Shown here in pieces: positions 23,851 through 37,383 of a DNA stretch of 64,000 nt. The notes beneath the pieces were generated by a model, which made no database searches, had not been told where the DNA came from, and worked only from the letters and a program-made list of their open reading frames with translations. The translations under genes were made by a program, and so were the position numbers. Each line of letters starts with the position of its first letter. The stretch's first letter is position 1. The DNA is from Oculina patagonica. Lineage: Eukaryota. The stretch is taken from assembly GCF_052425735.1 (NCBI RefSeq), contig NC_135761.1, forward strand, positions 38,688,001 through 38,752,000. The letters are read 5' to 3'.

Positions 23851-26800
23851 GTAATGAGAATATATGGCAGCAATTAAATATGATATAATATTCCTTTTTT
23901 TTCGTTGGATTGCTTAAATTTCTTACGCTTCTTATAGTAGATAGAATGAGAATAACATACTGCAAACTAAAATAACAAATGAGGTAGTTATCAACCATCT
24001 GACTTTCCACCATTGTTTAATTTACCTTTTTATGGTCCTGTGGTCAGGAAAATGGAAATGCGACTCATGGAATGGAATAAAGTTACAACTCAATAATATG
24101 TCAACTTGATTGTCATTGCTTTCTTACTGATAAAAGGCTGTAAATGCGCTCCTAAGACTGGTACATTTCATGTCATTGTATAAAAAGAAACCTTACCACA
24201 TTTCTTCTTTTTCGACGGCTCTGCGTTACTTTCCTCTTTTTCTGGGGCACCTGTTTTACGCTGGACGGCCTTGCTGCTGTCTGGAGGACCTTATAAAAAA
24301 ACAAGAAGTGTTTAGCTACTTAAAAAAGTTTGTAATGTTTCTTTTTAAATTGTTATGTTACAACTTTTTAGGAAAAAATATAATAATGAGGTTGAAGATT
24401 GATTTTTTAAAATAAGGTACATTCTGCTCGTACAGTGTATACAAACCTTGAGGATCGTTTGCCTCTGAACTTGTTCTTCGCCACTTCCTTTTACGCTTTC
24501 CTCCTTGGCTGGCCCGGTATGTTACTGTCACATTCTCACCAACCCCTACTTGTTTTGCTGCTTGCAGCCGGTCCTCGCGATGAATATTTTCTAATATAGC
24601 TTTCAGAGGTTTTTAGTATCACAAGGTCGAGTTCTTCATGTGATAGTTCTAAGCAGTTGTATAGATTAAACAGCACAGTTATCTCCTGAAATTGCTGGGA
24701 ACATTGCCCTCCTTCTATACCTTGAGAGCAGCCCCATCCATCTTGTAAAAAACGTTTTAACTTTAGCTATGATCTCTTCACAATCGAATGCGTCAGCTTG
24801 ATCGCGTTCCGCCATGATTGTTGGTTTGTGAAGAGTGTGATAATGCTCGTGGACAAGCACTCAAGCTTATAGCACAGTATCAGTAAAAAACAGAAATTAA
24901 AAAGAGATACTAAGATAAATATAGAATTGAAATATAAATCCGAATAATTGTAATACTAAAATCTTAAGCTTGCACTAGAGTACATACAAGATTGCTTCAA
25001 AAGACTTTTGTGGACTTTTGTTAACTGGAAAGTCACCCTCCACTGGGATAATCTAGAATGAAAAGATATCAATCTTACATTAAGGAAAGACTGATAGATA
25101 ATAGTTACAAATTAGACTGGCAGCCGGAGTTTTCTATGAGGGAATAGTCAAGAGGTGTAGTGGCCAGCCTTGATATCGATAGTGAAAAGACTGTTATATA
25201 GGCTCTCGGTTGAAGCACTTGTGCTGACAATAACAATTGTGCTGACAAGGCTGCAATTTGTTCCCTCAGGAACTCTTCAGTTGTTGCAGGCTCAGTATTA
25301 ACACTTGATGTAGGCTAAAGATCAGGGATGTTAAATTCTTTATTGGTGTCATCTAGTAACCACATTGAGCAACTATCAGCATATTCTTCGATTTGGTTAA
25401 CAGGATGTAGTGAAAGGCAAATAGGACAGCTCATCAGTCTTTTTTGCTCCACTTCTTCATTCTGAACAGCAGAATCTGTTGTTAATGGTGCCCTCGCTGC
25501 GCGAGGAATGCAGTGACACTCTCTAATACCGGATCTCTGCAGATCTCAGGGCTAGCTCTTGAGGCAGTTTTTTTTTATTAATTCTCACACGGTACAATTC
25601 AGACAAAAAAGGAAAGTGTACATTGATAATAAATAAATGAAATGATAAGAAACAATGCTTTACAAAGCTCTGCACTGCTAAGCAATAAAAAAAGTAATAA
25701 GCACAAAAACAGCAGAAATATATGATCGCAGAAAAATGCAGGACTGTTGGAGACATTTCCAATGCAAGTGGCGGCATAGTCAGGGGAGAAGTTGCAAGGA
25801 AATGATGAGCTGATTTATTTCGCATTTGACTGTTACAAGCTCCAGAAAGGAATCTACCACTTTGACAATGGCAGATTTTCTGCTGCCCTCGATGTTGATG
25901 TCAATACTGTTGTCAATACTGTTGCAACTTGTTGAAGTTGGCTGCACTCGGGTTCGAACGTTTCCTAGCCAGGCACGATTGTCGTGCATGGCCAAAGACA
26001 TTCTGCAGTGAGGACGTCGTCAAATCGTCGACTCCAACCCTCAAAGGCAACCTTGTACCCATCGACTTGGAACAACGTAACTATCGACTGTCACGAAGAC
26101 CTTTGCATTTAACTCCACTCTCGAAAGACATTTTAGAAGTTGTTTGTTTACGTATAGCATACACATAATGATACAGATCGTAAACAAATCTACCTATATA
26201 ATTGTTTATTGTCACTATGGATTCTGAGTTTCTCCCATAGCTTGGTCTGAAAACATTCCACTGTGTTATTTGTGTGGATTACTGAATATTCATTGATTCC
26301 TATACTCATAAATATTCATTGATTCCTATCTTTTCAGGTGCCTCGTGCTCCGCCCTTTATATCTCAAGTAATAGAAATACTGGTGTTTTGTACACAAAGG
26401 AATAGTTTGAGTGTTGGTTAAGATTACTTACATCACTGTTTGTGCACCAGGCTGCAGTGAAAAGGTGCAAATGGTTGAAAACCATAGATTGAAATAACGA
26501 CTGCACCTTACATGGAAAACAGAAAGGGAAATATTGATGCCCCCACTATGTTTGTTTAGTTTATTCAAATACAGTTGCAACAGAGCAGCGTTGGAGTAAT
26601 TAGACTTCCTTGCCCTGTACTAATGCAGCTAGCTTAAAGAGGATCACAAACGTTTTTCAAACAGGAACAACTGATACGCCATAAAATCCTCGTCAAAAAG
26701 GAAGCGTCAATTCAACATCTTAAAGGTCTTACCTTAAGTTTTCTATTGATAAAGGCATAAAGCGAGTGTACCCCCAGAATCATTCCCCAATGCAAGTCTG

Positions 26801-28500
26801 TTCTGCTTAAAGGAGATGCACTCCCACATAAAGTTTACCCCAGAACACTTTCTTGGAAACCATGAACACCTTACAGAACCTGAAGAACACCTAAAACATA
26901 CCCCTGGAACACAATGCAGCAATGTTGAGCAATGTTGTTAATATTTTTGCAACAATTTTTTTAATACATTCTGTAAGTCATCTGCATTCAGATGTTAAAG
27001 AAGGATAGACGCACCACAAGAGGTAATTGTGTCAGGAGTAATCAGCAAATAACATCTTCACTGAATGGGACGTGGCACTTAAGGTTTCTTGTAGATTTTA
27101 GGAAACATTTCTTCCAATATAGCCATCTTACGCGAAAAAAATTTTAAAAAGAGGTGAGCACAGACGAGAAACTCAACAATATAAACAAGAAACATGAACT
27201 TTTTTTGAACGATTCAATGTCAGAAGGTAGGGGCTCAGAGGTAAGACTGTCAAATGTCCCTGCCAAATAAAGTTAAATCACTGGCATCAACACCAAACTC
27301 TGCCCGTAGCATTCCATGAGGGGCAGACCTTCAGGAAGGCTCATGTGCATGAATACACGCCACACAAGATGGTAGTTCACATCCGTTTCCTGAGAATCTG
27401 GCACCGACCAGGTCCAACTCACTTTCCCCCAATGTTAAAGACAAGGCCCTTCTCCACCTCTTCATCATGCCTTTTTATTTCGAATACTCTGCCAGACTTT
27501 AACAGTAGAATCACTTTCTTTGACCACATGGCCGATGTATTGTAAATCCCGTCCATAAGATATTGCAATCCACTCCTCTCCTTCCTCTCCTGTTTCAGTT
27601 CCGTACAAGAAAGGGCCAAAAATATGAAAAATTACGTAATATTTTAAATTTAGCTGGGGAATGTAACCTAACTTGGAATTGTCATATTGAATAAAAAATA
27701 CTTGTGCATCATCGTCATTTTGTATATTTTCATGGCCATCCCCCTTTTTAGCAGCCTTGTTAACAATTCCTTTCATTATCTGTATGTGAATAACTCAGGG
27801 TTGGGAAAAAGCACTCGTCCAATCAGGCGAGTACAACACACAGATCACTCCTTCCATTTTAGTGTGCAGTCATCAAAGGTGGGTGGAGCTGCCTGTTTCA
27901 TGGTCTCTGAATGGACATTGTTTCTTTTGGGCGATACAAAAATGGAAAGGAGGACTGCTTATCATTCCTGATGTTGATTTAAGTAAACCTCTGTCAATAC
28001 CCTTGACAAGTCTTCCAGGTTTTTGCTGTTTCAGGTGTTCCAGAGTGTTCTGGTGTTCCATTGTTCCTGGAAGTACTACATGCCACTCGGATATGATCAT
28101 AATAGAGAGTGTGTTTGGACATGCAGAGTTCTTGCTCAATCCTATTGAGTGCCTGCTGATGGAGGGGCTCCAAGCTAAAATGGATGGCTTCTTCTTCTTT
28201 TTTTAGTGGTGAAGTTAGAGGTCGGCTAGCTTTGTCAGAAAGTAATTCAGATAGTTTTCCATGTCCAGGATGGTCTGAAGCTCCCCCATGTTGGATGGGC
28301 TCTTCATGTTGTGAATTGCCTCAAGTTTGTCTTTCAGTGGTTGGATTCCATTCCCAGTCAGAATGTGCCCATAGAAGTCAACTATTTTATTATTCTTGTA
28401 TTTTTGATGTCACTCTTTGTACAGCATGAAAAGGATCAAGCTTTATGAATACACCATCAAGGACAGAGCTCAGTGTCTGCCTGACAACAGTTATCAACAT

Positions 28501-28640
28501 TTCTCTATTTCTTAAGTTAAACTCTATTTTAGTACTTTGTTTTTAGTCATTTTAATTGTATAATATAATGAGGGCCACTAGTTTTTCAGTTTTTAACTGT
28601 AAAGTGTTTTTACCCTCGTTAAATAAAGTTATTATTATAA
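28501..28640 (+). mobile_element. LINE 3' UTR/tail remnant
   Basis: T-rich UTR ending AAATAAAGTTATTATTAT. Confidence 0.35.
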
Positions 28641-29599
28641 ATGGTGTATTAAGCAACCTTGAGCGGCGAGTCTGTCCTTCAGCTGATGAGATCCTTAACT
28701 TTATGGGAACCTGTGCCCTTGCAGAGTTTTTATGACAACACTACTTCAATTACGTTCATGACTATGAATAAACTGTCATACAACTGTATCCACTTTCCTT
28801 CAGGCTAAAAATCAATATTGGATGATACTTTGAATGTGTGGTCAACACTTAATGGAAAGCTCGCATCTGACACATTCGCCTGTGGTACAACTGTTCTTTT
28901 TCAAAGTATCCTTGTGTGCAACGGGCTGTTGCAACTTTTTCCACAACCTTTCTGCCTTTGGCTGAAAACCTTGTAAAGCTTTGTAAGATTTCAAGCTTTT
29001 TGTTCAGAAAACACATCTTTCTTATCCCATATTCGTCAAACAGACTTTGATACCAAAGGACTTGGACAACTGCGATTGTCATTCCTGCACATATATGCGA
29101 GGTAAAAAAAAATACACAACTCTCGCTTGACTCCACTCTTGTGAAATAAAACAAATGGCAGTTTAAAATAATCTTTGGGTTGAGATAATATACCTTGATC
29201 GTTACTAAGGATTAGTTCCGGAAAATATAACAGGTGATCCCACAACAACACATCTGGCACTAAAAAACCTCTGGGTGAACAATCAACTGCATTCCTCATA
29301 CATGTTCCAAGAAAGAACCACTCTGTTATGCCAGATCCAGTATCAGTTGCAACCAAGCCATTGGCAAAATGCTGAGATCCAACATTAACAGATTGAGAGG
29401 ATGATGTACTGACAGTGGAGTGTAAGAAGTTACATGTACTGGTGTTGATGTACTCGGTGCAGTCAAACAGATATAATTACAAGTACTAGGGGATGGCGAA
29501 GGTAAAGATTTTGTCACTGGGCTTGCAGCTGTGCACGATGCGGTACCGGAAGTTGCGTTGGATGTCTGTCCAGATGTTGAAGGACATGCAGGAGGATTG

Positions 29600-29880
29600 G
29601 CTACTCCAAGTGAAGGAATTTCACCTGCACTTTGGAGGTCTGCTGCCATTCTTTCCATCTCTCGCTTTCGCTTTTGGTGGTATGAGCCCAACCAACTTTT
29701 AATTTGACTTTCCTTCAAAATCTTTAATCCCCTCTCTCTCATTACTGCAATACATTCTGGGTCTGCACGTATTCCTTGGTTGGCCTTCCTGTTGTAAAAA
29801 TAAATCATAAATTCCTTTTGTTCTAAGGAAAACACTGTCCGTTTTGCTCCACCCGATTTTATACCAAAGCCAGACTTCAG
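29600..29880 (-). pseudogene. Homeodomain-like helical fragment resembling the C-terminus of Sola-type transposases
   Basis: FSLEQKEFMIYFYNR..GIRADP..LKESQIKSWLGS. Confidence 0.35.
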
Positions 29881-29949
29881 GAGGTCCTCTTTCAGCTCCC
29901 ATCATGTCGAGGGAAGCTGAGCTACTGTACTGAACTGCTTCATGCTGGA

Positions 29950-30975
29950 TGAACGCAACGCTATAAACTTCATTATTTGGATTTCTGTTCTTGGACAAAA
30001 CAGTTAAAACATGTAAACTTCTCAGCGGCAGATAAATCTGTGCCATAGACATGGTCCAAAAGGCTGTTGTCAATTTGCTCTGTCAACGATTCATATCGAA
30101 TGACGTTTTCTATATTTAGTGATTGATTTTATGGCAAAATAAAACATTTCTCCGTCATTTCTTCTTCCACTGTTCTGTTACTTGTCCAGGCATTCACAAC
30201 AATAGCATTTATTCGTTCGTTTGAAACACCAGAATTCAGGAGCAGGGCATAGTCAGCAAAAATGTCAGGAATGTGAAGGACCATATGGTTGTCGATGGAT
30301 ACATTCCATTTCATATCATGGTCCTCAACTCAGAACAGTCATTACTCTTGAGTTAAAAAGTGCTGTGAGGCTTTGTCTATGATTTCACATAGTGTTCGCA
30401 TGCATTCAAAGGCAGGCTGGCTAATCAGACCTGGCAGGCAAGAGCGAGCATAGATGATCACATAGTTTTTCCTCTGCGTGGCAGTTGAAGCTTTTAAGCT
30501 GTTCTTCTCCAATTGGCTAGTAGGTAATCTTCCAATATCATGTGGAACTTGTAAGTTGGGAACTCGTAAATAAAATGTCTGCTGTTTGTTGAGTGGTATG
30601 GCGTGTTAAAAATGAGGACTTCTGGTGTCTTGACGTAATGCAATATTGTTTCTTTTTCAATAAAGCCTAAAAAGTAGGCCTGCATTGTGTCTCTTACACA
30701 CATTCTTTGCAAGTTGAAGTTAGGCAGTCTTGCTAATTCTGAATATCACACTCTATTCTTCTTGGCAATTCCTTGGGCTTCTGTTTTTTGGTTCGCCCTC
30801 AACCATTCTTTCCCTTGTTTCTAAATGGTCACCTTGCTTCTAGACGTTTATCTTTTTATTCTGCTAAAGTAGCTCATCCTTCCATTCTGTCCTCTACAAT
30901 CATTGCATGTCTTGTGCCCCAGCAATTGCGATATTTTCTTAATGGTGCTAATTACCTGAAACGCAAAGTAATGTT
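29950..30975 (-). mobile_element. CACTA/EnSpm transposase pseudogene, copy A
   Basis: Nucleotide similarity to 33000-33730 and 63320-63760; RMCVRDTMQAYFLG. Confidence 0.7.
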
Positions 30976-31179
30976 GCTTGCATGTCAAGAAGCCCTTTCA
31001 ACTTTAAATTTGAATTCCATTCGAAAAAAGCAGCAAATCGTCCACAAGAGATCACAGAAAGGTGTTTATGTTTTGCTGACTCAAAATAAATAATAAAACA
31101 AATAAAATAAATAAAACTTTGTGAAAACAGCTTCAAATTTCGCACACAAGTTCGTTTACATAGTATATATTTTTTGTTT

Positions 31180-31262
31180 TTAATTACATTTCTGTAAAGC
31201 GCTTTTGATCAAAGTATGTAAAAAGCACTCTATGAATTATCAAATTATTATTACATTATTTA
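31180..31262 (+). mobile_element. L2-type LINE 3' stem-loop tail
   Basis: TGTAAAGCGCTTTTGA...AAAAGCACTCTATGAAT..ATTATTATTA. Confidence 0.45.
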
Positions 31263-32399
31263 TATATCAGAGTTGATGGGTGACATGCACATTACAAAAG
31301 AGAACACTGGAGACCAAATTTAGTGCGGGTGTAACAGACATTTGGCATACACCTTTGAAGGGTTCTGGCAGGTACTGGTCTTTGCTTGGCGCTGTCCACA
31401 ACTTGTTCGAAGAGAACACATTTAGAATTCCCTGCTAACTTGACATGTCCCTCCATGTCAAATAGCTGTAGCTGTGTTCCCTTTGGAGATAATCAAGCAA
31501 ACAGGTTTCCCGTTAGAAGTTTATTCTTGGCTTAATTTGTCCTTAATCATCCTTGTTTCTTTAATCAGCAGTTTTTAAGTTAAAAAGACCCTTTGTGGCT
31601 ATGCAAAATGAGTAAACTTTAATTATGAATTATCAAGTTAAATGTTCAGATTGCCTTTGCACTTAAGACCCAAAGATCGACAAACAAGATAGGACAGTTA
31701 TGGGACGCATTGTTTTTCCTAACAAGTTTAATTTTCTCAACAATATTGGGCGGAACTACATGGCAATCAAAGGCAGCAGGCCGAAAAAGATCAAAAAATT
31801 ATCTGCAGTCTCTTTCTCCAAGCAGCTAGTGGCTTTACCGCTTGTCGCTCAACGTTTTTCTTTTGCTTCACATTTTTGAATTTGCATTAAATGCTAGGAA
31901 AAGAATGAGACTTTTCAGTGTAACTATAGATGCGGGTACGTTATGCAATCCAAAAAATTATCACAAACCTTAACACCCTTTGATACACTGTTATGTTAAA
32001 GTAATTAACTTAAATAAGCAACTGAAAGACATACCCTGTGTTGCTATCATCATCCTGTGTCGCTATCATCCTCCAAATCCGTATTTACGCAGTTCTTCGG
32101 TATGACCCGAAGAAGAAAGCCATTTGCACTCGTACCACCTAAGTGGTTAACAACATAGCCAATGCAATCCAAAGCAAAATTGGTCATTGGGTAGAAAACG
32201 CCTTTTCTGTCAGCTTTTTGGAGTCTTTACTTGAGCTGGGAGTAGATTCAGCGTTAGTCGAATTGCTTTCTTCTTTTAGTAGAGAGTCATTCATATCTTC
32301 ATCAAGTTGCGCCATTGTTACTTCAACTTGAAAAGACACTGCTTGTATGATTGCTGGAGTTATAATGGGATCCTCGTGTCTATAGGCTATGTTATATTA

Positions 32400-33735
32400 C
32401 ACAAGTATGGTGAAATACAGTTGCTAAAATCAATTGTGATTAAATTTTATTGGCTTGGCCCATGTCTTGTGATATCCATGCCATCGGTTGATGCTCAATC
32501 GGCTGTGCATGATAAAAACTACTGTGAAATTACTGACCCATTCTGTTTTCGGCTTGAGTGTCATTCATGGTCATCATTATCTCACCCTGCAGGGAAAATG
32601 TGCTTGCGTTCATTGTTAACCTTCACTGACCGTTTTTAAAAGGAGTATCAACCACTACAACTGGATGCATTTATTCACCTTCTTTACCGTGTTGGTGCAC
32701 TATTCATTTGGAATCCTACTTAATGATGCAGACAAGTCAAGCGCAATGAAAAATTCCAGGGGAAGCCTTAAGATTTTACGTTCTCATCAGTTATACATCC
32801 TCCATATCCAATTGATGTATCATCCTTCAGAAGGTGCTAATATGGAGCCCTCAAGAACATTTCGGGATTCAAATGAAGTGCATAAATCATGGCAATAATT
32901 TACTTCCTTATAAGTGGACCAATACTGTATCGGGAAAGAAAGACCACAACACCAGACTTGTGTATGACATTCAAGGTAACAGTAATTTGGTTAAAGGAAT
33001 ATATTAGAGTAAAGTTTGCAGAACATATCATGGTGCTCTCCTAGTTTTTGACCCAGAGCAGTCAAGTCGTCTTAAGTTTAAAAGTACTGTAAGGCTGTCT
33101 GTGATTTCACAGTGTCTGCATGGATTCGAAGGCAGGCTGACTAATCAGATCTAGCAGGCAAGAGCGAGCATAGATGATTGCATAGTTTTTTCACTGCTCA
33201 GCAGTAACACCTCTTAAGCTGTTCCTGTCCAATAGACTAGTAGGTAATCTTCCAATATTGTGCGTAAGTCACAATCTTGTCAGTAAAATGTCTCCTGCTT
33301 GTTTAGTGGTATGGCATGTTAAAAATGAGGACTTTCCATGTCTTGACTTAATGCAATTCCATTTCTTTTTTAATTAAGGCTAAAAAGAAGGCATGCATTG
33401 GGTCTACTACACACATTCTTTGCAGGTTGAAGTAAGGCAGTCTTGCTAATTCTGAATATCGCACCCCATTCTTCTTGGCAATTTCTTGGGCTTCTGTTTT
33501 TTTGTTTGCCTTCAACCATTCTTTCCCCTGTTCTTAATGGTCACGTTGCTTCTAGACGTGAATCTTTTCATTTTGATAAAGTAGCTCATCCTTCCAGTCT
33601 GTTTTCCACAATCGTCACATTCTCTTTTGCCTCTGAGCAGACATCTGCTGCATCCTAATAATGCCTCTTGCCCCAGAAATTGCGATATTTTCTGAATGGT
33701 GGGTATATTACCTGAAACACAAAGTAACATGTCCT
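32400..33735 (-). mobile_element. CACTA/EnSpm transposase pseudogene, copy B
   Basis: LLCVSGNIP..GCSRC; GVRYSELARLPYF..VVDPMHAF; GVTAEQ; many stops. Confidence 0.75.
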
Positions 33736-33913
33736 AAATACTGTAAAAGGAATGCTACGTGTGTGAGCAATCAATCGATTAAAAAAGAACAAAGACAACC
33801 AAAATCATTTATTAACAAAATGTAGAAACACTTATAATACACATGTTTGCTGTTGATAAGAAAACAAAAATATTGTATCCATGCATGGATGACATTCTAG
33901 TTATGATGTTATT

Positions 33914-34032
33914 ATGCCAACAAGAAAATGCCAGGTAGCAAAGTCGGATGCCTTGTACATCGTTTTGTACAGATGTTGGAGGTTGTGTTCACATCAAGAC
34001 AGAAGTTTCATGGCTTCTCACAACTGGCAGGC
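33914..34032 (-). pseudogene. KDZ-type transposase fragment (short copy)
   Basis: Near-identical to 44204-44322; NICTKRCTRHPTLLPGIF. Confidence 0.55.
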
Positions 34033-34819
34033 TTTTACGTATCAAAAGTATAAACAGTGGCAAAGAAGCTTACCTCATTACCGCCCAAGTTTCAACAGTA
34101 TGACTTTCGTCTACAACAAGGCCGGCTAAATTCTGATTGAACACAGAATTCTTCAACTTAAGGGAATCAAGAAATCGCTTGTCCATAGCGGCTTCCGCTG
34201 AAGCCTACACAATATTAAATTTGCCTCTGTGTATGTCCTCTAAACAATCCAAATTGTCATTTAAATCACACGCCGTAATCCCCATGGATATAATCTCCTC
34301 TACTTGATCCCTGATTAAACTTTGCAATGGACAGATGACAATAATACTCGCGAAGCCTTTTCCTCCTAGCCTTTTACTTCGCACACCACACATTAAAACA
34401 AATAACTGGAAAATTTAACTCTTGCCGAAACCTGTCGACAAAACAGCCAGGACATCTTGCCCGTTAAAAAGATGTCGCATTGCTTTTTCTTGTTCGGGCT
34501 TTAACGTAAACGCAAGCCCAGTAGCGCTCAATTCCGATAAAACTTCGCCTAAGCAACACTCAAAATCGTCCGCCATGTTGATCTTGTTCCTTGATATCAA
34601 CAAGGACGAATCTGTCAAACTTGACAATCAAAATAACCAAGCCGCACTAATCAGAGACCCGGTTCGTGGGCGAGCGGGTTTTTCAGAATCGTGGGATTTG
34701 CTTGCAAGCATTACCTTCTTTCCCCACCCCCTCCCTGTTACTTTTCCTTTTTTGATCTCGCCCCAATTCTCGCGCGGGTAAAATCTCTCGCGCTCGCGGA
34801 ACGCTTGCTTTGCAGGCTA
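34033..34819 (-). mobile_element. Academ-H-like DNA transposon end fragment
   Basis: Putative terminus TAGCCTGCAAAGCAAGCGTT (minus strand, from 34819) about 240 bp upstream of the RecQ ATG; other end absent. Confidence 0.6.
34074..34576 (-). pseudogene. RecQ-like DExH helicase first exon (Academ-H type)
   Basis: LKPEQ Q-motif, STGFGKS Walker A, VICPLQSL, VVDESH Walker B; two in-frame stops; GTAAG donor at 34073. Confidence 0.85.
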
Positions 34820-35239
34820 CTCTTTGGCTGGCTCTACGATTCCCTCAGCAAGTTGCTCTTTAAGGATAGCATCATACTGCATCGTCATTTGCTGTCATCT
34901 ATGTCGAGGACTGAGATGTGAAGCTGCTCCTGGGCGGAAAGCTTCAAAACTTGCAAACAGGTGAACATATTTATTGAGTGTTACCATGATTAAAAAAATT
35001 GACATCGCTGTAAAAAGCCCCAAAAAATAAAACGTACAATTTAAAACATTAAATTTTGAACGTCGTGTATAAAATCCTTAGTTCACAGGAAGTGTGTTCC
35101 ATTGTTTTGTGGCATAATAAGTAAAACACTTTAGGCCGTATTGGGTGCTATTCATCTAAGGTAATGACAAGACATTAACACCTCTCAGATTGTAATTACT
35201 TCTTCTGACATTTATAAGATGTTCAATTTTTGCCGGCAC

Positions 35240-35800
35240 GATCAGGTGGACAGTGCTCGCTATAGATTCTCTGAAGTGCCCGACTAATACCTACTGAAAT
35301 TATCCATTACGCTTAGAACATACTTGTACACGTGCCTGTTGTGGTTGACAGCCTCTTTGCTTAAGTCCATCAGGTCAATTTGATGTTGACCTTGAATGGT
35401 CCTGGCGGTTACTGGCCTTGGCGTGGCTTTATTTGTGAATTTGACATTGTGTATGCGATACTTCGCTTCGTTGTTTGTCACTCGTAGGATATTTCTTTTG
35501 CTCAGACCTGCAAAGCCATCTGCGGCTCGATTTCGCAGTTTTTTACATCCACCAGCTTTTGCTTGATCAAACGTTTTTGCAACAAGACTTGCCATCAAAG
35601 TACAGTGTTGGGGTAGACTGAGGTCCAAGGTGTAACCTATCACGTTGGCGCCAATAGCGCACTACTGCATTCCTCTGTTAGTGTGTGCGTTCTGCCACGG
35701 GCACGTTAAAATTTCCTTGTACCAGCAGCAACAGCATCTTGTAAGCCTTGTCGCTTAATGAATGAAAATATCTCCCTTTCTTTTCTGCTCCGAAACTGCA
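35240..35800 (-). mobile_element. Ginger-like retroviral-type integrase fragment
   Basis: PRPVTA..QHQIDLMDL..YKYVLSVMDNFSRY, the first catalytic region of an rve integrase; broken. Confidence 0.65.
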
Positions 35801-36328
35801 AAAACACAGCATAAGGCAGCTCATAAAGGCTAAGATCCATTTATATGCCATACCGGCTTTATCAAAAGAAAAAACTATGAGGTCGCACAATAAAAGAATA
35901 GTCTTATCACAATAGAGAAGCCAGCTCCTAGGTGTCAAAATTGACACAAAGTTAAATGACGTTTTTCTCCAAGACCGCCCATAAGCGGAAGAGCCTATGG
36001 TGGAGTTGTTCATATGGTCACTATCCATGTATTAATTAACTTTATCATTATTTGTTTAGCTTTATTATTATTATTATTATTGTTCTTATAAATATTAACC
36101 CTCCAAGTTACGACCAGTTTAGGCGCCATGGCGACTAAAATTTTGCCTCTGGTGACCAGGCCTGAAAATGGGTTCCCAACGTGGCGACCATGAGATGTCG
36201 TGGGATGCCGTTCGAGTAGAACCGAAAACGAATCTGTACACTATTATTTAGGTAAACGGATGAACACACTTTTTAGTACATGCAGTTGTCATTTAAAAAA
36301 AGAATAAAGTAACTTCATGAAATCGCGA

Positions 36329-37375
36329 TTAGGTTAAAATAACGTTTGATTTGACATGAAAAGGATGTGGCTCCTTGTCATTTCCGTGAAATATATATTT
36401 AAGTCTCATTCGTCTGGCGAATTCTTCGAAATCACGCAACAATTGTTGCCTGATTTTATTTTCATTTGTCACGGGTGTTTCGATAAATTTAAGCCCTTTT
36501 GCTAACACGCTGACTTGGTGGTCAGTTAATGTGTTTTCTGAAAGGTTTTTAAGGTATTTTTCATTTTTCTCCCTTTCTGTGGTAATACATTTCTGTATTG
36601 TATTTTTTCTACGTTTTTTGCGTTTGATATTTTTGGATAGCCTTTTTGCTTCAGTGGGTTTAGCGGCTGATTGTTCAGAGATGACACTGTTGTACTGTTC
36701 AACATGTTTATTATCACTCTGAAAACGTGTACAAATGATTTCTGTCAATTTCTCAATTTTATGCTCTAGTTTATCGAGCCTAGTGACATGAGTATTTGCA
36801 ATGTTTCGCAGGGGCGAACGCGATCTCTCACGTACATTGTTTTGTGATCGAGACTTGGCAATACTAGCCTTTTCAAGCTTTTTAGTGTGACTAATAAGTC
36901 TACGCTTATGGTAGCGCACTAGGGCGCTAACAAATTGTTCTTCTGCGTGACTTTTGATAGCGCTAATTTCCTGTCGGAAAGTTTCGTCCGGCGTTACGTT
37001 CGCCTTTGCCTTATATTGAAGCGACTTAGGGCAAGTCTTTTGTTCTAAATGTCTCTCCAGTTTAAGTATGGAGGTTTCTGTCTTTTGCTTCTTGAATTCA
37101 ACAGCGCTGGTGGCGTCTTCGTGTTTCCTTTTCCTTGGCTGCCGTGACTGGCTATTCCTTGGAAGGTTTTCTTGTGGAAGGTGTTGGCCTTCGTTGTTTG
37201 ACTGCTTGGCTAGTTGAGCTTTGTGCCTTGGCTCAAGTTGTGATGCTGGAGGGCTCGCCTCTATTTCTGGCTCCGAGTCTAGGTTCGGATCAGGGAACAA
37301 GGTTATGTCCTCGTCCGGATTTGGACGGTATTCTGGTGTTTTTGGTGCCCGCAATGGTGTTTCATAAGCTGACAT
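36329..37375 (-). mobile_element. Penelope-like element ORF N-terminus (348 aa, truncated before RT)
   Basis: KNLSENTLTDHQVSVLAKGLKFIETP...DFEEFARRMRLKYIF..HPFHVKSN. Confidence 0.8.
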
Positions 37376-37383
37376 CTTTGCAG

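Noticed and set aside
25826-28429. Cluster of 60-114 aa ORFs
   Set aside because: No recognisable domain; cannot support a product call
34074-34576. Host RecQ/WRN/BLM gene
   Set aside because: Single exon with stops, adjacent to a transposon-like terminus
36098-36195. Possible hAT-like end with GCGACC/GCGACT motifs
   Set aside because: No partner TIR or 8-bp TSD found
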